Source: Candidatus Zixiibacteriota bacterium (GTDB lineage: Bacteria; Zixibacteria; MSB-5A5; GN15; FEB-12). Taken from it: a stretch of 24,154 bases of DNA. Position numbers and translations under genes: made by a program. Positions 9,658 to 18,178 of the stretch are shown here, piece after piece. Every line of letters starts with the position of its first letter. The first letter of the stretch is position 1. The stretch spans positions 1 to 24,154 of the forward strand of contig JBGSIV010000298.1 in the NCBI GenBank assembly GCA_041742355.1. Direction: 5' to 3'. The notes beneath the pieces are model-generated. The model made no database searches. It was not told the DNA's origin and saw only the letters and a list, made by a program, of their open reading frames with translations.

Positions 9658-10947
9658 GTGGTGAAAGACGATTCAGTATATCGGCGGAGGTCGTTTCCCG
9701 CGAGATCATTGATTCTCGCCGGCACCCTCTTCGTTCTCACTGTAATTAGCGCAGCGGAGCGGCTAAAGGCAATGAATGATTTTGCTGCCGGCTGCTGCCA
9801 GGTGCCGGGAGATGTTGATCATAACGGAAAGATCAACGTTTCCGATGTCACCGTCCTGGTGGCCCACCTGTTCAAGGGCGGCCCGGATCTTGTCTGTCCG
9901 GCCGAGGCTGATCTCAATAGCGATGTCGCCCTCAACATATCCGATTTGACCTTTCTGATAGAGTTCCTCTTCCGCGGCGGTGCAGCGCCGGGGGAATGCC
10001 CCCCGCTTATCGCGATAAAGGACTTGGAGCCGGGTGACGATTCCGTGCGCGGATCGGCAAACGTTTCTCTTCCCACGGGCTACCGGGTGGTGCTCTGGGC
10101 CAAGACTGACCGCTGGTATGTCCAACCGACCACCGCCCAACCGTTCACAGTGATCCGAATCGGCGGCCGCTGGTCCAATTTCACCAACCCATGGACCCGG
10201 ATCGCGGCGTTGCTGGTCGATTCAGATTATATCCCGGGCGCGATCCGGGAAGATCACCCGGCGGTGGCTGCGGGGGTAGTGGATTGGGACGAGTACCCTG
10301 AGCGTTCGCCTGACCGATACATTGATTGGAGCAACTTCCGCTGGCGAGTAAAACAGGCAGAGCTGACGGGACCTGGTCCGAATGCGTTTTCCGACGATAC
10401 CGCCAATGTGCGGATCGACCAGGACGGCCGGCTTCACCTGAGGATAGATTACCGCAATGGCGTGTGGTACTGCGCCGAAATCGTTCTCGACCATGCGCTG
10501 GGATATGGGACGTATACCTTCCGGCTTGACTCCCGGGTCGACAACCTGAATTACAACACGATATTCGCCGGCTTCCTCTTTGACACCTCGGGACAGGAAT
10601 TCGACATGGAGTTTTCGCAGTTCCTGGCCGACCCACATAATGCGCAATTCGTGGTGCAGCCGTGGTATCTTCCCGGCAACATTGAGTTCTACGATATGCC
10701 CGATAGCGCACAGACCAGCTTTACCATGGAGTGGCGCTCCGATCACATCACCTTCACGAGTTGGCTCGGCCATGCCGACGCGCCGGAGCCGAATACGCTG
10801 CTTCACACCTGGACGTATACCGGGGCGAATATCCCGGCGCCCTCCGACGCTCGCGTGCGCTTCAACCTCTATCTCGCCAATGGCGATCCGCCTTCGCAGG
10901 GCCACGAGGACGAGGTAGTTGTCGCATCGTTTGGCTATTCTCCATAG
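9658..10947 (+). CDS. Secreted protein: N-terminal dockerin-like domain, small middle domain, C-terminal GH16-like (ConA/LamG-fold) domain
   Basis: Two EF-hand-like dockerin repeats, GDVDHNGKINVSDVTVLVAHLFKGG and ADLNSDVALNISDLTFLIEFLFRGG, flanked by Cys. C-terminal DGRLHLRI, LGYGTYTF and EFDMEF (E-x-D-x-E). The start codon could be 9658 or 9661. Confidence 0.75.
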   Translation: MVKDDSVYRRRSFPARSLILAGTLFVLTVISAAERLKAMNDFAAGCCQVPGDVDHNGKINVSDVTVLVAHLFKGGPDLVCPAEADLNSDVALNISDLTFLIEFLFRGGAAPGECPPLIAIKDLEPGDDSVRGSANVSLPTGYRVVLWAKTDRWYVQPTTAQPFTVIRIGGRWSNFTNPWTRIAALLVDSDYIPGAIREDHPAVAAGVVDWDEYPERSPDRYIDWSNFRWRVKQAELTGPGPNAFSDDTANVRIDQDGRLHLRIDYRNGVWYCAEIVLDHALGYGTYTFRLDSRVDNLNYNTIFAGFLFDTSGQEFDMEFSQFLADPHNAQFVVQPWYLPGNIEFYDMPDSAQTSFTMEWRSDHITFTSWLGHADAPEPNTLLHTWTYTGANIPAPSDARVRFNLYLANGDPPSQGHEDEVVVASFGYSP

Positions 10948-11095
10948 TTCACGCGGCACAGAGACGGTAGCGCAGAGGTTGGCAGGGTGAAGCATCGTCC
11001 AATGCAAGCCCCTTGTTTTCAGCGTGTTAGGGCGGGATGCGGCCTGATTGAGACGGGATTGAGCGAGTTTCGTTACTTTTTTTGCTGGATCGCAC

Positions 11096-11125
11096 TTGAC
11101 ATTTAACCCTGGCTTGCCGTATATA
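11096..11125 (+). promoter_or_regulatory. Possible sigma70-type promoter for the Rrf2-nos cluster
   Basis: Perfect TTGACA at 11096-11101, then TATATA at 11120-11125 (18-bp spacer), in an AT-rich island. Confidence 0.5.
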
Positions 11126-11157
11126 AGATATAAGACTCTTAAATCTGGAACGATTAC

Positions 11158-11592
11158 ATGCTGTTCTCAAAGGGTTGCACTTACGCCATACGCGCGGCGC
11201 TTCTGGTCGCCACGAAAGAGATCCGTGATGACCGCAAGTTCGTGCCAATCCGCGAGCTCTCCGAAGAGCTGGGCCTCTCGTTTCACTTCCTGACCAAGAT
11301 TTTGCAGCAACTGACCGAAGCCGGCATCATGGAATCGTTCCGCGGCCCCAACGGCGGTATCGGTCTTGCCCGCCCAGCCCGAAGTATCACTCTTGTCGAT
11401 GTCATTGCCGCGATTGACGGCATGTCGCTCTTTTCGAGTTGCGCGCTCGGGCTCCCCGGCTGCGGCGAACAAACCCCGTGTCCGCTACACGATGCCTGGG
11501 CCAAACGGCGGCTCGATCTCCAGCGCATGCTCGAGAAGACCACCCTGGCCTCGCTCGCTCGCGAACTTGCAACCCATGAATTGAGGAACTGA
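11158..11592 (+). CDS. Rrf2-family transcriptional regulator with three Cys (putative Fe-S binding)
   Basis: YAIRA, FLTKILQQL..AGI..SFRGPNGG..LARP...ITLVDVI winged HTH, followed by CALGLPGCGEQTPCPLH. Confidence 0.93.
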   Translation: MLFSKGCTYAIRAALLVATKEIRDDRKFVPIRELSEELGLSFHFLTKILQQLTEAGIMESFRGPNGGIGLARPARSITLVDVIAAIDGMSLFSSCALGLPGCGEQTPCPLHDAWAKRRLDLQRMLEKTTLASLARELATHELRN

Positions 11593-11631
11593 TTCGATAT
11601 GATTACCGGTCGGCTCTTCCCTTGTCTGCGT

Positions 11632-11655
11632 ATTTCAGATAACATACTCCGAAAT
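11632..11655. promoter_or_regulatory. Imperfect palindrome ATTTCAGA-N8-TCCGAAAT, candidate Rrf2 operator upstream of cytochrome c/nosZ
   Basis: 8-bp arms with one mismatch, in the AT-rich intergenic region. A weaker similar site lies at 11128-11151. Confidence 0.45.
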
Positions 11656-11726
11656 CTGCAATCAAATCGGACCCGACCATGGTGTGAAGTTATCATAGTA
11701 AATCCCATATATAAGGACCGCCACTC

Positions 11727-12269
11727 ATGAAACAATCGCATGTACTGTTCGCGGCAGCCGCTCTGGCCGTAACCGCCTTTCTGGCGATCGGCGGCTGCTC
11801 CTCCGCTCCCGAAACCGATGCGGATCGCCAGGCCCGCTGGGCGTCCGGCAATCTCAACAGCTGGGAGACCGAACACGGCATCGGGCCTGTCACCGAGGAT
11901 GTCGTGCTTGCCTCGGCGGATCCGAACCGGGCGACATCTGGCCAGGCTATTTTCGTTCAGAAGTGCGCCACGTGCCACTATCTCGATCACAAGAAGACCG
12001 GGCCGATGCTCCGCGATATCACCAAACGTCGTTCGAACGCCTACATCCTTAACCAGATCCTCAATCCGGAGCAGATGGGGAAATTGCATCCCGACGGCAA
12101 GAAGATGGTTGCCCAGTATGCGCAGTTCATGACTATTCAGGGGATCACCCGCGAAAACGCCGAGGATCTGCTGCACTTCCTTCACTCGGAAGCGGACAAG
12201 CCGGCGCTTCCGGTGGAACAGCAGCCCGGTTTTGGCGTGCCACCCCCTCCCCCACAGGCCAGTAACTGA
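11727..12269 (+). CDS. Monoheme cytochrome c lipoprotein, nos-associated
   Basis: Lipobox-like LAIGGC, heme-binding CATCH, GPML, and distal Met candidates. Lies directly upstream of nosZ, as in clade II clusters. Confidence 0.88.
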   Translation: MKQSHVLFAAAALAVTAFLAIGGCSSAPETDADRQARWASGNLNSWETEHGIGPVTEDVVLASADPNRATSGQAIFVQKCATCHYLDHKKTGPMLRDITKRRSNAYILNQILNPEQMGKLHPDGKKMVAQYAQFMTIQGITRENAEDLLHFLHSEADKPALPVEQQPGFGVPPPPPQASN

Positions 12270-12304
12270 CACCGGGACGATCGGACATCTACAGGAGGAA
12301 TATT

Positions 12305-14221
12305 ATGCGAACCAATCGATTGCTGCTGTTCACGTTGGGAGTCGGCTTTCTCATCCTGGTTGCCCTTTCGCCCGGGTGTGCCGACAAACAGGAGGCCGGC
12401 GGGTTTGGCGACGCCGCCGCCAAGGTCTATGTCGCGCCGGGCACCTACGACGAGTTCTACGCCTTCATGTCCGGCGGTTTCAGCGGGCAGGTATCAGTTT
12501 ACGGCTTGCCCTCGGGACGTCTCTTCCGGGTAATACCGGTCTTCAGCCAGGATCCGGAGAAAGGCTACGGCTATTCCGAGGAGACCAAGCCGCTGCTCAT
12601 GACGTCGCACGGCTTCATCCCCTGGGATGACGCGCACCACCCGCAACTTTCGGTATCCGACGGCCAGACCAATGGCCGCTGGCTCTTTATCAACGGCAAC
12701 AACACGCCGCGCTTGGCCCGTATCGACCTGACCACATTCGAAACGGTCGAGACCATTGAAATACCGAATTCGGCCGGCAACCATGGCTCTCCGTACGTTA
12801 CCCCCAACACCGAATATGTCGTGGCCTCGACCCGCTTCAGCGTGCCCATACCGCAGAAAGACGTTCCCATCAACACCGCTAAAGAGAACTTCAAGGGGAC
12901 GATTAGCTATATCAAGGTAGATTCGGCCACCGGCCGCATGAATCTCGCTTTTCAGATTCTCGTGCCGGGTATCGCGTACGACCTCTCCCGGGCCGGCAAA
13001 GGTCCGTCGCACGGCTGGTCGTTCTTCAGTTCCTATAACACGGAACAGGCCAGTACCCAGCTTGAGGTGAATGCTTCGCAAAACGACAAGGACTTCATCG
13101 CCGCGGTCAACTGGAAACTCGCCGAGGAGCTTGTGGCTCAGGGGAAGGGCCAGACGTGGCCCGCCAACTACTACCACAATTATATGGATGCGGCCGATGT
13201 CGGTCAGAGCGAGGTGATGAAAGAGGTCATCATGCTTAACGCCCGGGAACATCCCGGCCTGGTTTACTATCTGCCGACGCCCAAATCCCCGCATGGCTGC
13301 GATGTCGATCCGTCGGGTGAGTACATTGTCGCCAGCGGCAAACTGGCCGCTCTCATCCCCGTCCACTCCTTCAGCAAATTCCAGCAGGCGGTACAGAATA
13401 ACGACTTCGACGGGGAGTTCGAGGGAATCCCGATTGTGAAGTACGAGTCGGTCATCGCCGGCGAGGTGAAGGAACCGGGGCTCGGGCCCTTGCATACCGA
13501 GTTCGACGGAAAGGGGAATGCCTACACATCCATGTTCCTTTCCTCGGAGATCGTGAAGTGGAAACTCGGCACCTGGGAGGTGGTTGACCGCATTCCGACT
13601 TACTACAGCATCGGCCACCTCATGATCCCGGGCGGGGACACGAAACAGCCGTACGGGAAGTATGTGGTCGCGCTCAACAAGATCACCAAGGACCGCTACC
13701 TGCCGACCGGTCCCGAGTTGACCCATGCTGCGCAGCTCATCGATATCTCCGGCGACAAGATGAAGCTGCTGCTGGATTTCCCGACTATCGGTGAGCCGCA
13801 TTACGCCCAGGCCTGTCCTGCCAGTCTCCTGGTTGAGAACTCCAAACGCTGGTACGCCATCGAGGAGAACCACAATCCGCATGCCATCAAAGCCGAGGGC
13901 GAGGCCCGGGTGGAGCGGGATGGCCGCGACGTTCATGTTTACCTCAGCACTATCCGAACTCACTTCGCCCCGGATAACATCGAGGGCGTTAAGGTCGGTG
14001 ACAAGGTCTACTTCCACGTCACCAACCTCGAGCAGGATTGGGATGTCCCGCACGGCTTCGCCGTTCACGGCGCGTCCACTTCCGAACTGCTCGTGATGCC
14101 CGGCCAGACGCGCACGCTCCTGTGGGAGCCCCGGATGGCCGGCGTGATACCGTTCTACTGCACCGATTTCTGCTCCGCGCTGCATCAGGAGATGCAGGGC
14201 TGGATCAGGGTTTCAAACTAA
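12305..14221 (+). CDS. nosZ: Nitrous oxide reductase, clade II (Sec-dependent)
   Basis: AGGAGG RBS. No twin-Arg motif. YGLPSGRL; CuZ His motifs DAHHP, GNHG, SPHG, IGH, GPLHT, EPH; CuA HGF...CTDFCSALHQEM. No fused C-terminal cytochrome c. Confidence 0.98.
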   Translation: MRTNRLLLFTLGVGFLILVALSPGCADKQEAGGFGDAAAKVYVAPGTYDEFYAFMSGGFSGQVSVYGLPSGRLFRVIPVFSQDPEKGYGYSEETKPLLMTSHGFIPWDDAHHPQLSVSDGQTNGRWLFINGNNTPRLARIDLTTFETVETIEIPNSAGNHGSPYVTPNTEYVVASTRFSVPIPQKDVPINTAKENFKGTISYIKVDSATGRMNLAFQILVPGIAYDLSRAGKGPSHGWSFFSSYNTEQASTQLEVNASQNDKDFIAAVNWKLAEELVAQGKGQTWPANYYHNYMDAADVGQSEVMKEVIMLNAREHPGLVYYLPTPKSPHGCDVDPSGEYIVASGKLAALIPVHSFSKFQQAVQNNDFDGEFEGIPIVKYESVIAGEVKEPGLGPLHTEFDGKGNAYTSMFLSSEIVKWKLGTWEVVDRIPTYYSIGHLMIPGGDTKQPYGKYVVALNKITKDRYLPTGPELTHAAQLIDISGDKMKLLLDFPTIGEPHYAQACPASLLVENSKRWYAIEENHNPHAIKAEGEARVERDGRDVHVYLSTIRTHFAPDNIEGVKVGDKVYFHVTNLEQDWDVPHGFAVHGASTSELLVMPGQTRTLLWEPRMAGVIPFYCTDFCSALHQEMQGWIRVSN

Positions 14222-14227
14222 GGAAGT

Positions 14228-14929
14228 ATGGTGTCTGTGAGCAACAAGCCGCAATCGGATGGTTCCGCGAAAGCGGGGCCATCCACTCCCACGGAATCTC
14301 TGGAGCGGATTCGGCGCCCCGGGGATCCGCTGCGCATGTCCTCCCGTTTCGCGATTGTTGCGGTTGCCCTTCTGTTGTCTCTTACCTACTACTTCCCGCT
14401 GTGGGAAATCACTCTCGACGCCCCGCAGTATCCGGAGGGACTGGGTCTGGAGATCTGGATCAACCAGATACAGGGGCAACATCCGGGTGACCTGAACAAG
14501 ATCAACAACCTGAATCACTACATCGGCATGAAGAAGATTCAGCCCGAATCGATTCCCGAACTGCGCGTGATGCCCTGGGTGATGCGGGGTCTGATGCTCT
14601 TCGGTATAGTCGTGGCACTGGTGGGAAAGAGAGGTCTGCTGTTTGCCTGGCTGGTGCTTTTCGTTGCGGTCGCGGCGGCCGGCTTTGTCGACTTCTACCT
14701 CTGGGGTTACGATTACGGCCACAATCTCGACACCGAACATGCGATCATAAAGGTTCCGGGAATGAGCTATCAGCCGCCGGTCATTGGAAGCAAGAAACTG
14801 CTCAATTTCAAAGCCATCTCTCTGCCGGGGATTGCCGGCTATGTCGCTATAGGATCTTTCCTGTGTGCGGCTTCAGTCTGGTTTATCGAGTTCCGTCGCG
14901 CTCGAAAAGGAGGTTTCCGTGGACTATAG
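14228..14929 (+). CDS. nosB: NosB-like membrane protein of clade II nos clusters
   Basis: PLWEITLDAPQYPEGL, INNLNHYIGMK, DFYLWGYDYGHNLD and YQPPVIG motifs, four hydrophobic segments, immediately after nosZ. Confidence 0.85.
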   Translation: MVSVSNKPQSDGSAKAGPSTPTESLERIRRPGDPLRMSSRFAIVAVALLLSLTYYFPLWEITLDAPQYPEGLGLEIWINQIQGQHPGDLNKINNLNHYIGMKKIQPESIPELRVMPWVMRGLMLFGIVVALVGKRGLLFAWLVLFVAVAAAGFVDFYLWGYDYGHNLDTEHAIIKVPGMSYQPPVIGSKKLLNFKAISLPGIAGYVAIGSFLCAASVWFIEFRRARKGGFRGL

Positions 14930-15398
14930 GCGTATCCCGCTGGCAACTCTTATCTCCGCCGCCGTGCTCGTCGCAGTCGGGTGCTCGAGTCCCGGCCCGG
15001 CAGAGATTCACTACGGCGCTGACCTGTGCGACTACTGCGACATGACCATCGCCGACCAGGCCTTCGGCGCCGAACTGGTCACGACCAAGGGGAAGGTGCT
15101 CAAGTTCGACTCGATTGAATGCCTCGCCGCCTCCAGTGTTGAAGAGCGAATTGCCGGCGTTGATGTTCACTCCCTGTGGGTCACCGACTTCCATCAACCG
15201 GGGTCATTTTTGACTGTCGGCGAGGCAGTGATAGTCGCCACAGATCGCCAGAAGAGTCCCATGGGGATCGGGCTCGTGGCTGTTGGTTCCCAGGCGGCCG
15301 CGGTTGATCTCATAGCCCAGAAGGGCGGTCGGATCGTGGATTGGGACATTACCAAGAGGCTGGTTGCGCAGAGCTGGGAGATTGAGGTTTCCCGATGA
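14919..15398 (+). CDS. nosL: Copper chaperone lipoprotein NosL
   Basis: Preferred start is GTG at 14919 after AGGAGG. Lipobox VAVGC, then CDYCDMTI, KFDSIECL and SPMG. Confidence 0.9.
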   Translation: MDYRRIPLATLISAAVLVAVGCSSPGPAEIHYGADLCDYCDMTIADQAFGAELVTTKGKVLKFDSIECLAASSVEERIAGVDVHSLWVTDFHQPGSFLTVGEAVIVATDRQKSPMGIGLVAVGSQAAAVDLIAQKGGRIVDWDITKRLVAQSWEIEVSR

Positions 15399-16642
15399 AC
15401 GTCTTTACCTGCGCGACAGTGTGGTTTAGTGCCGCTATGGTGGTTGGGGCCTGTGCCTCAGAAGCCACCGTGTTGCGCGTGCAGCCTGCCAGTACATTTG
15501 AGACTATCGGCGCCGCCCTCGCTGTCGCTGTTCCTGGCGACACGATCGCCGTTAAACCGGGCACGTATACGGAGTACGGGTTACGCATCGACAAACCGAT
15601 CACTTTGCTTGGCTTCGGCCGGCCGGTCCTCGATGCCGCCGGAAGGGGGGCGCTGCTTACGGTAACCTGCCCCGGCGTGACGATTGCCGGATTCGTCCTT
15701 CGCAATGTCCCGGCCAGCCACATCAAGGAGCATGCCGCGGTCTTGCTCGACGGCGTGGCGGACTGCGAAATTAGAGACAACCGCATCGAGGGCTGCTTCT
15801 TCGCGATCTACCTGTCCAAGTCCGAGCGCTGTCGGATTAGCGGCAATGAGATTATCGGTTCATCGACGGAGCTTACCGGTTCGGGCAATGGCATTCATCT
15901 TTGGAACAGCCGTGATATCGCCATCCATGAAAATACGATACGCGGCCACCGCGACGGCATCTACCTCGAATTTGTCAAGCACAGCCGGATTTCCGGTAAC
16001 ACAAGCGCCGGCAATTTCCGTTATGGACTGCACTTCATGTTCTCCGACAGCTGCCGTTATGAAGACAACAGCTTTCTCCGCAACGGTTCCGGTGTTGCCG
16101 TGATGTACACGAAGAATGTCGACATGACCGGCAACACGTTTTCGGAGAGTTGGGGCGGAGCCTCCTATGGCCTGCTGCTCAAGGACATCAAAGACAGCCG
16201 CGTTGTCCGGAACGAGTTCCTTTCCAATTCGGTCGGGGTTCACATGGAGGGTTCCGACCGCATCGCGATCGAGTTCAACCGGTTTGTTGACAACGGCTGG
16301 GCGATCAGGATAATGGCCAATTGCGTGGACAGCGATATTCGCGACAACGACTTCATTGACAATTCATTTCAGGTCGCCACCAACAGCCGCCAGACGTTCA
16401 GCCGTTTCGATCGCAACTACTGGAGTGCCTACCGCGGTTACGATCTCGATCGCGACGGCTACGGCGACGAGCCTTTCCGGCCAGTCAGTCTGTACAGTCT
16501 ACTCGTCGAGTCTGAACCTGCGACACTCGTACTGGTCCGCAGTCTGCTTGTCGATGTCCTCAATCTCGCCGAGCGCGTTGTGCCCACGCTCACTCCCGAG
16601 GCGCTGATCGACTCACGTCCCCGTATGAGGCCAATTACATGA
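15395..16642 (+). CDS. nosD: NosD, periplasmic beta-helix maturation protein
   Basis: GNGIHLW, GHRDGIYLEF, RYGLHFMFS, GVAVMY, NYWSAYRGYDLDRDGYGD. ATGA overlap with nosL. Confidence 0.95.
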   Translation: MNVFTCATVWFSAAMVVGACASEATVLRVQPASTFETIGAALAVAVPGDTIAVKPGTYTEYGLRIDKPITLLGFGRPVLDAAGRGALLTVTCPGVTIAGFVLRNVPASHIKEHAAVLLDGVADCEIRDNRIEGCFFAIYLSKSERCRISGNEIIGSSTELTGSGNGIHLWNSRDIAIHENTIRGHRDGIYLEFVKHSRISGNTSAGNFRYGLHFMFSDSCRYEDNSFLRNGSGVAVMYTKNVDMTGNTFSESWGGASYGLLLKDIKDSRVVRNEFLSNSVGVHMEGSDRIAIEFNRFVDNGWAIRIMANCVDSDIRDNDFIDNSFQVATNSRQTFSRFDRNYWSAYRGYDLDRDGYGDEPFRPVSLYSLLVESEPATLVLVRSLLVDVLNLAERVVPTLTPEALIDSRPRMRPIT

Positions 16643-17349
16643 TCGAAATCACGGCTCTTCATAAACGTTTCGGCCGGTTCGTGGCCCTGCACGAAATCAA
16701 CCTCTCTATCGAGCGGGGCAAGATCACGGGTATCATTGGTCCAAACGGTTCCGGCAAGTCGACGTTGCTGAAGTCTCTCCTGGGGCTCGTTACACCGACC
16801 TCGGGGCGAATCACTATCGATGGCTACCTCCTCGATTCGTCCTGTGACTACCGCACCCGGCTCGGTTATGTGCCGCAGGTTGCACGTTTCCCGCAGGAAC
16901 TCACAGGGGCGGAGGTGTTGGCGACTGTCAAAGGTCTGCGCGCCACAGCCCCTACCCGCGAACAGGAACTAATCCGGCTCTTCGAACTCGAATCGGAAAT
17001 GCCCAAGCGTGTCCGGGCGATGTCCGGCGGAACTCGTCAGAAATTGAGTATGCTTCTGGCCGGTATGTACGATCCGCCGCTCCTCATCTGCGACGAACCG
17101 ACCGCCGGTCTCGACCCGGTCGCAAACACCCGCCTGAAAGCGCACCTCTTGTCGCTGCGCGAGCAGTCGCGCACGGTGGTTGTTACGACTCACATCATGA
17201 GCGATCTGGATGAAATCGCCGATAACGTCGTCGTCCTCCTTGAGGGCCGCGTCCGCTTCAGCGGGGCTGTCCGCGATCTCAAGCTCCGGACTGAGGAACC
17301 GCATCTGGAGGCCGCCGTCGCCCGCCTGCTCGAAAAGGGGGCCGCATGA
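16639..17349 (+). CDS. nosF: NosF, ABC transporter ATPase
   Basis: Walker A GPNGSGKS, signature MSGGTRQK, Walker B ICDEPT, H-loop TTH. Lies between nosD and nosY with ATGA overlaps. Confidence 0.92.
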   Translation: MIEITALHKRFGRFVALHEINLSIERGKITGIIGPNGSGKSTLLKSLLGLVTPTSGRITIDGYLLDSSCDYRTRLGYVPQVARFPQELTGAEVLATVKGLRATAPTREQELIRLFELESEMPKRVRAMSGGTRQKLSMLLAGMYDPPLLICDEPTAGLDPVANTRLKAHLLSLREQSRTVVVTTHIMSDLDEIADNVVVLLEGRVRFSGAVRDLKLRTEEPHLEAAVARLLEKGAA

Positions 17350-18137
17350 GACTCACCCTGCATATCGCCTGGTACACGATCCGCGACCTCACCCGCAACC
17401 GCTGGGGTCTGCTCTACGCCTGCTTCTTCGCCGTCGTCACCATCGGCCTGTTCCATCTGCAGGCGCAGTCCGCCAAGGTGGTCGTGAGCCTTATGAGTGT
17501 CTGCCTGTTTCTCATCCCCCTGGTATCGTCCCTCTTTGGGACTATCTACCTCTACAACTCTCGCGAGTTCATTGAACTGGTGCTCACTCAACCGGTATCC
17601 CGCCGGACCGTATTTTTCGGCATGTTCACCGGTCTGGCTGCTGCGCTGGTCGCGGGGTTTTCCCTTGGTGTCGGCGTACCTTCCGTCATATTCGGATCCT
17701 GGTCCACTGCTCATTTCCTGTCCAGTTCGCTCCTGATCCTCGTCGGCGCCATTCTCACCGTGATCTTTCTGGCCCTCGCGTTTCTGCTGGCCCTTCGGTT
17801 CGATGACCGCGGCAAGGGGCTCGCCGCCGCGCTCGGTGTGTGGCTCTTCGCCGCGCTCCTCTATGACGGGCTCGTCCTGCTCGGTGCGATGGCCTTCGCC
17901 GACTATCCGCTCGAGTTCCCGCTGCTCTTTGCCTCTATGGCCAACCCGATAGATCTCGCTCGCGTCATTCTCCTGACCCACACCGATTGGGCCGCTCTTA
18001 TGGGCTACACCGGGGCGGTTTTCCAGCGCTTCTTCGGAACGACGCTGGGTCTTGCTATAGCGTCACTCTCACTGGCCGCCTGGGCCGCTGTCCCCTTGAT
18101 GTTCGGCCTGCGGACGTTTCGCACGAAGGACTTCTGA
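17346..18137 (+). CDS. nosY: NosY, ABC permease
   Basis: YNSREFIELVLTQP, NPIDLARV and AALMGYTGAVF motifs, about six TM segments. Confidence 0.9.
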   Translation: MRLTLHIAWYTIRDLTRNRWGLLYACFFAVVTIGLFHLQAQSAKVVVSLMSVCLFLIPLVSSLFGTIYLYNSREFIELVLTQPVSRRTVFFGMFTGLAAALVAGFSLGVGVPSVIFGSWSTAHFLSSSLLILVGAILTVIFLALAFLLALRFDDRGKGLAAALGVWLFAALLYDGLVLLGAMAFADYPLEFPLLFASMANPIDLARVILLTHTDWAALMGYTGAVFQRFFGTTLGLAIASLSLAAWAAVPLMFGLRTFRTKDF

Positions 18138-18178
18138 ACTATGCGCCCCGTCCACACCATTTTGGGAGGATCTCGACT

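Noticed and set aside
11655..11700. FNR/CRP-like half sites (ATCAA, TGTGA) upstream of cytochrome c
   Set aside because: No matching partner half-site at canonical spacing (TTGAT-N4-ATCAA or TGTGA-N6-TCACA).
11283..12272. 329-aa minus-strand ORF across rrf2 and cytochrome c
   Set aside because: Antisense to two confident genes, with no recognisable product.
12494..14185. 563-aa ORF antisense to nosZ
   Set aside because: Shadow ORF typical of GC-rich coding DNA. It has no recognisable motifs and fully overlaps a confident gene.
17987..18178. ORF-track N-terminal extension of the CoxI-like protein
   Set aside because: It overlaps nosY by about 150 bp. GTG 18179 has a GGGAGG RBS and matches the expected start of the fold.
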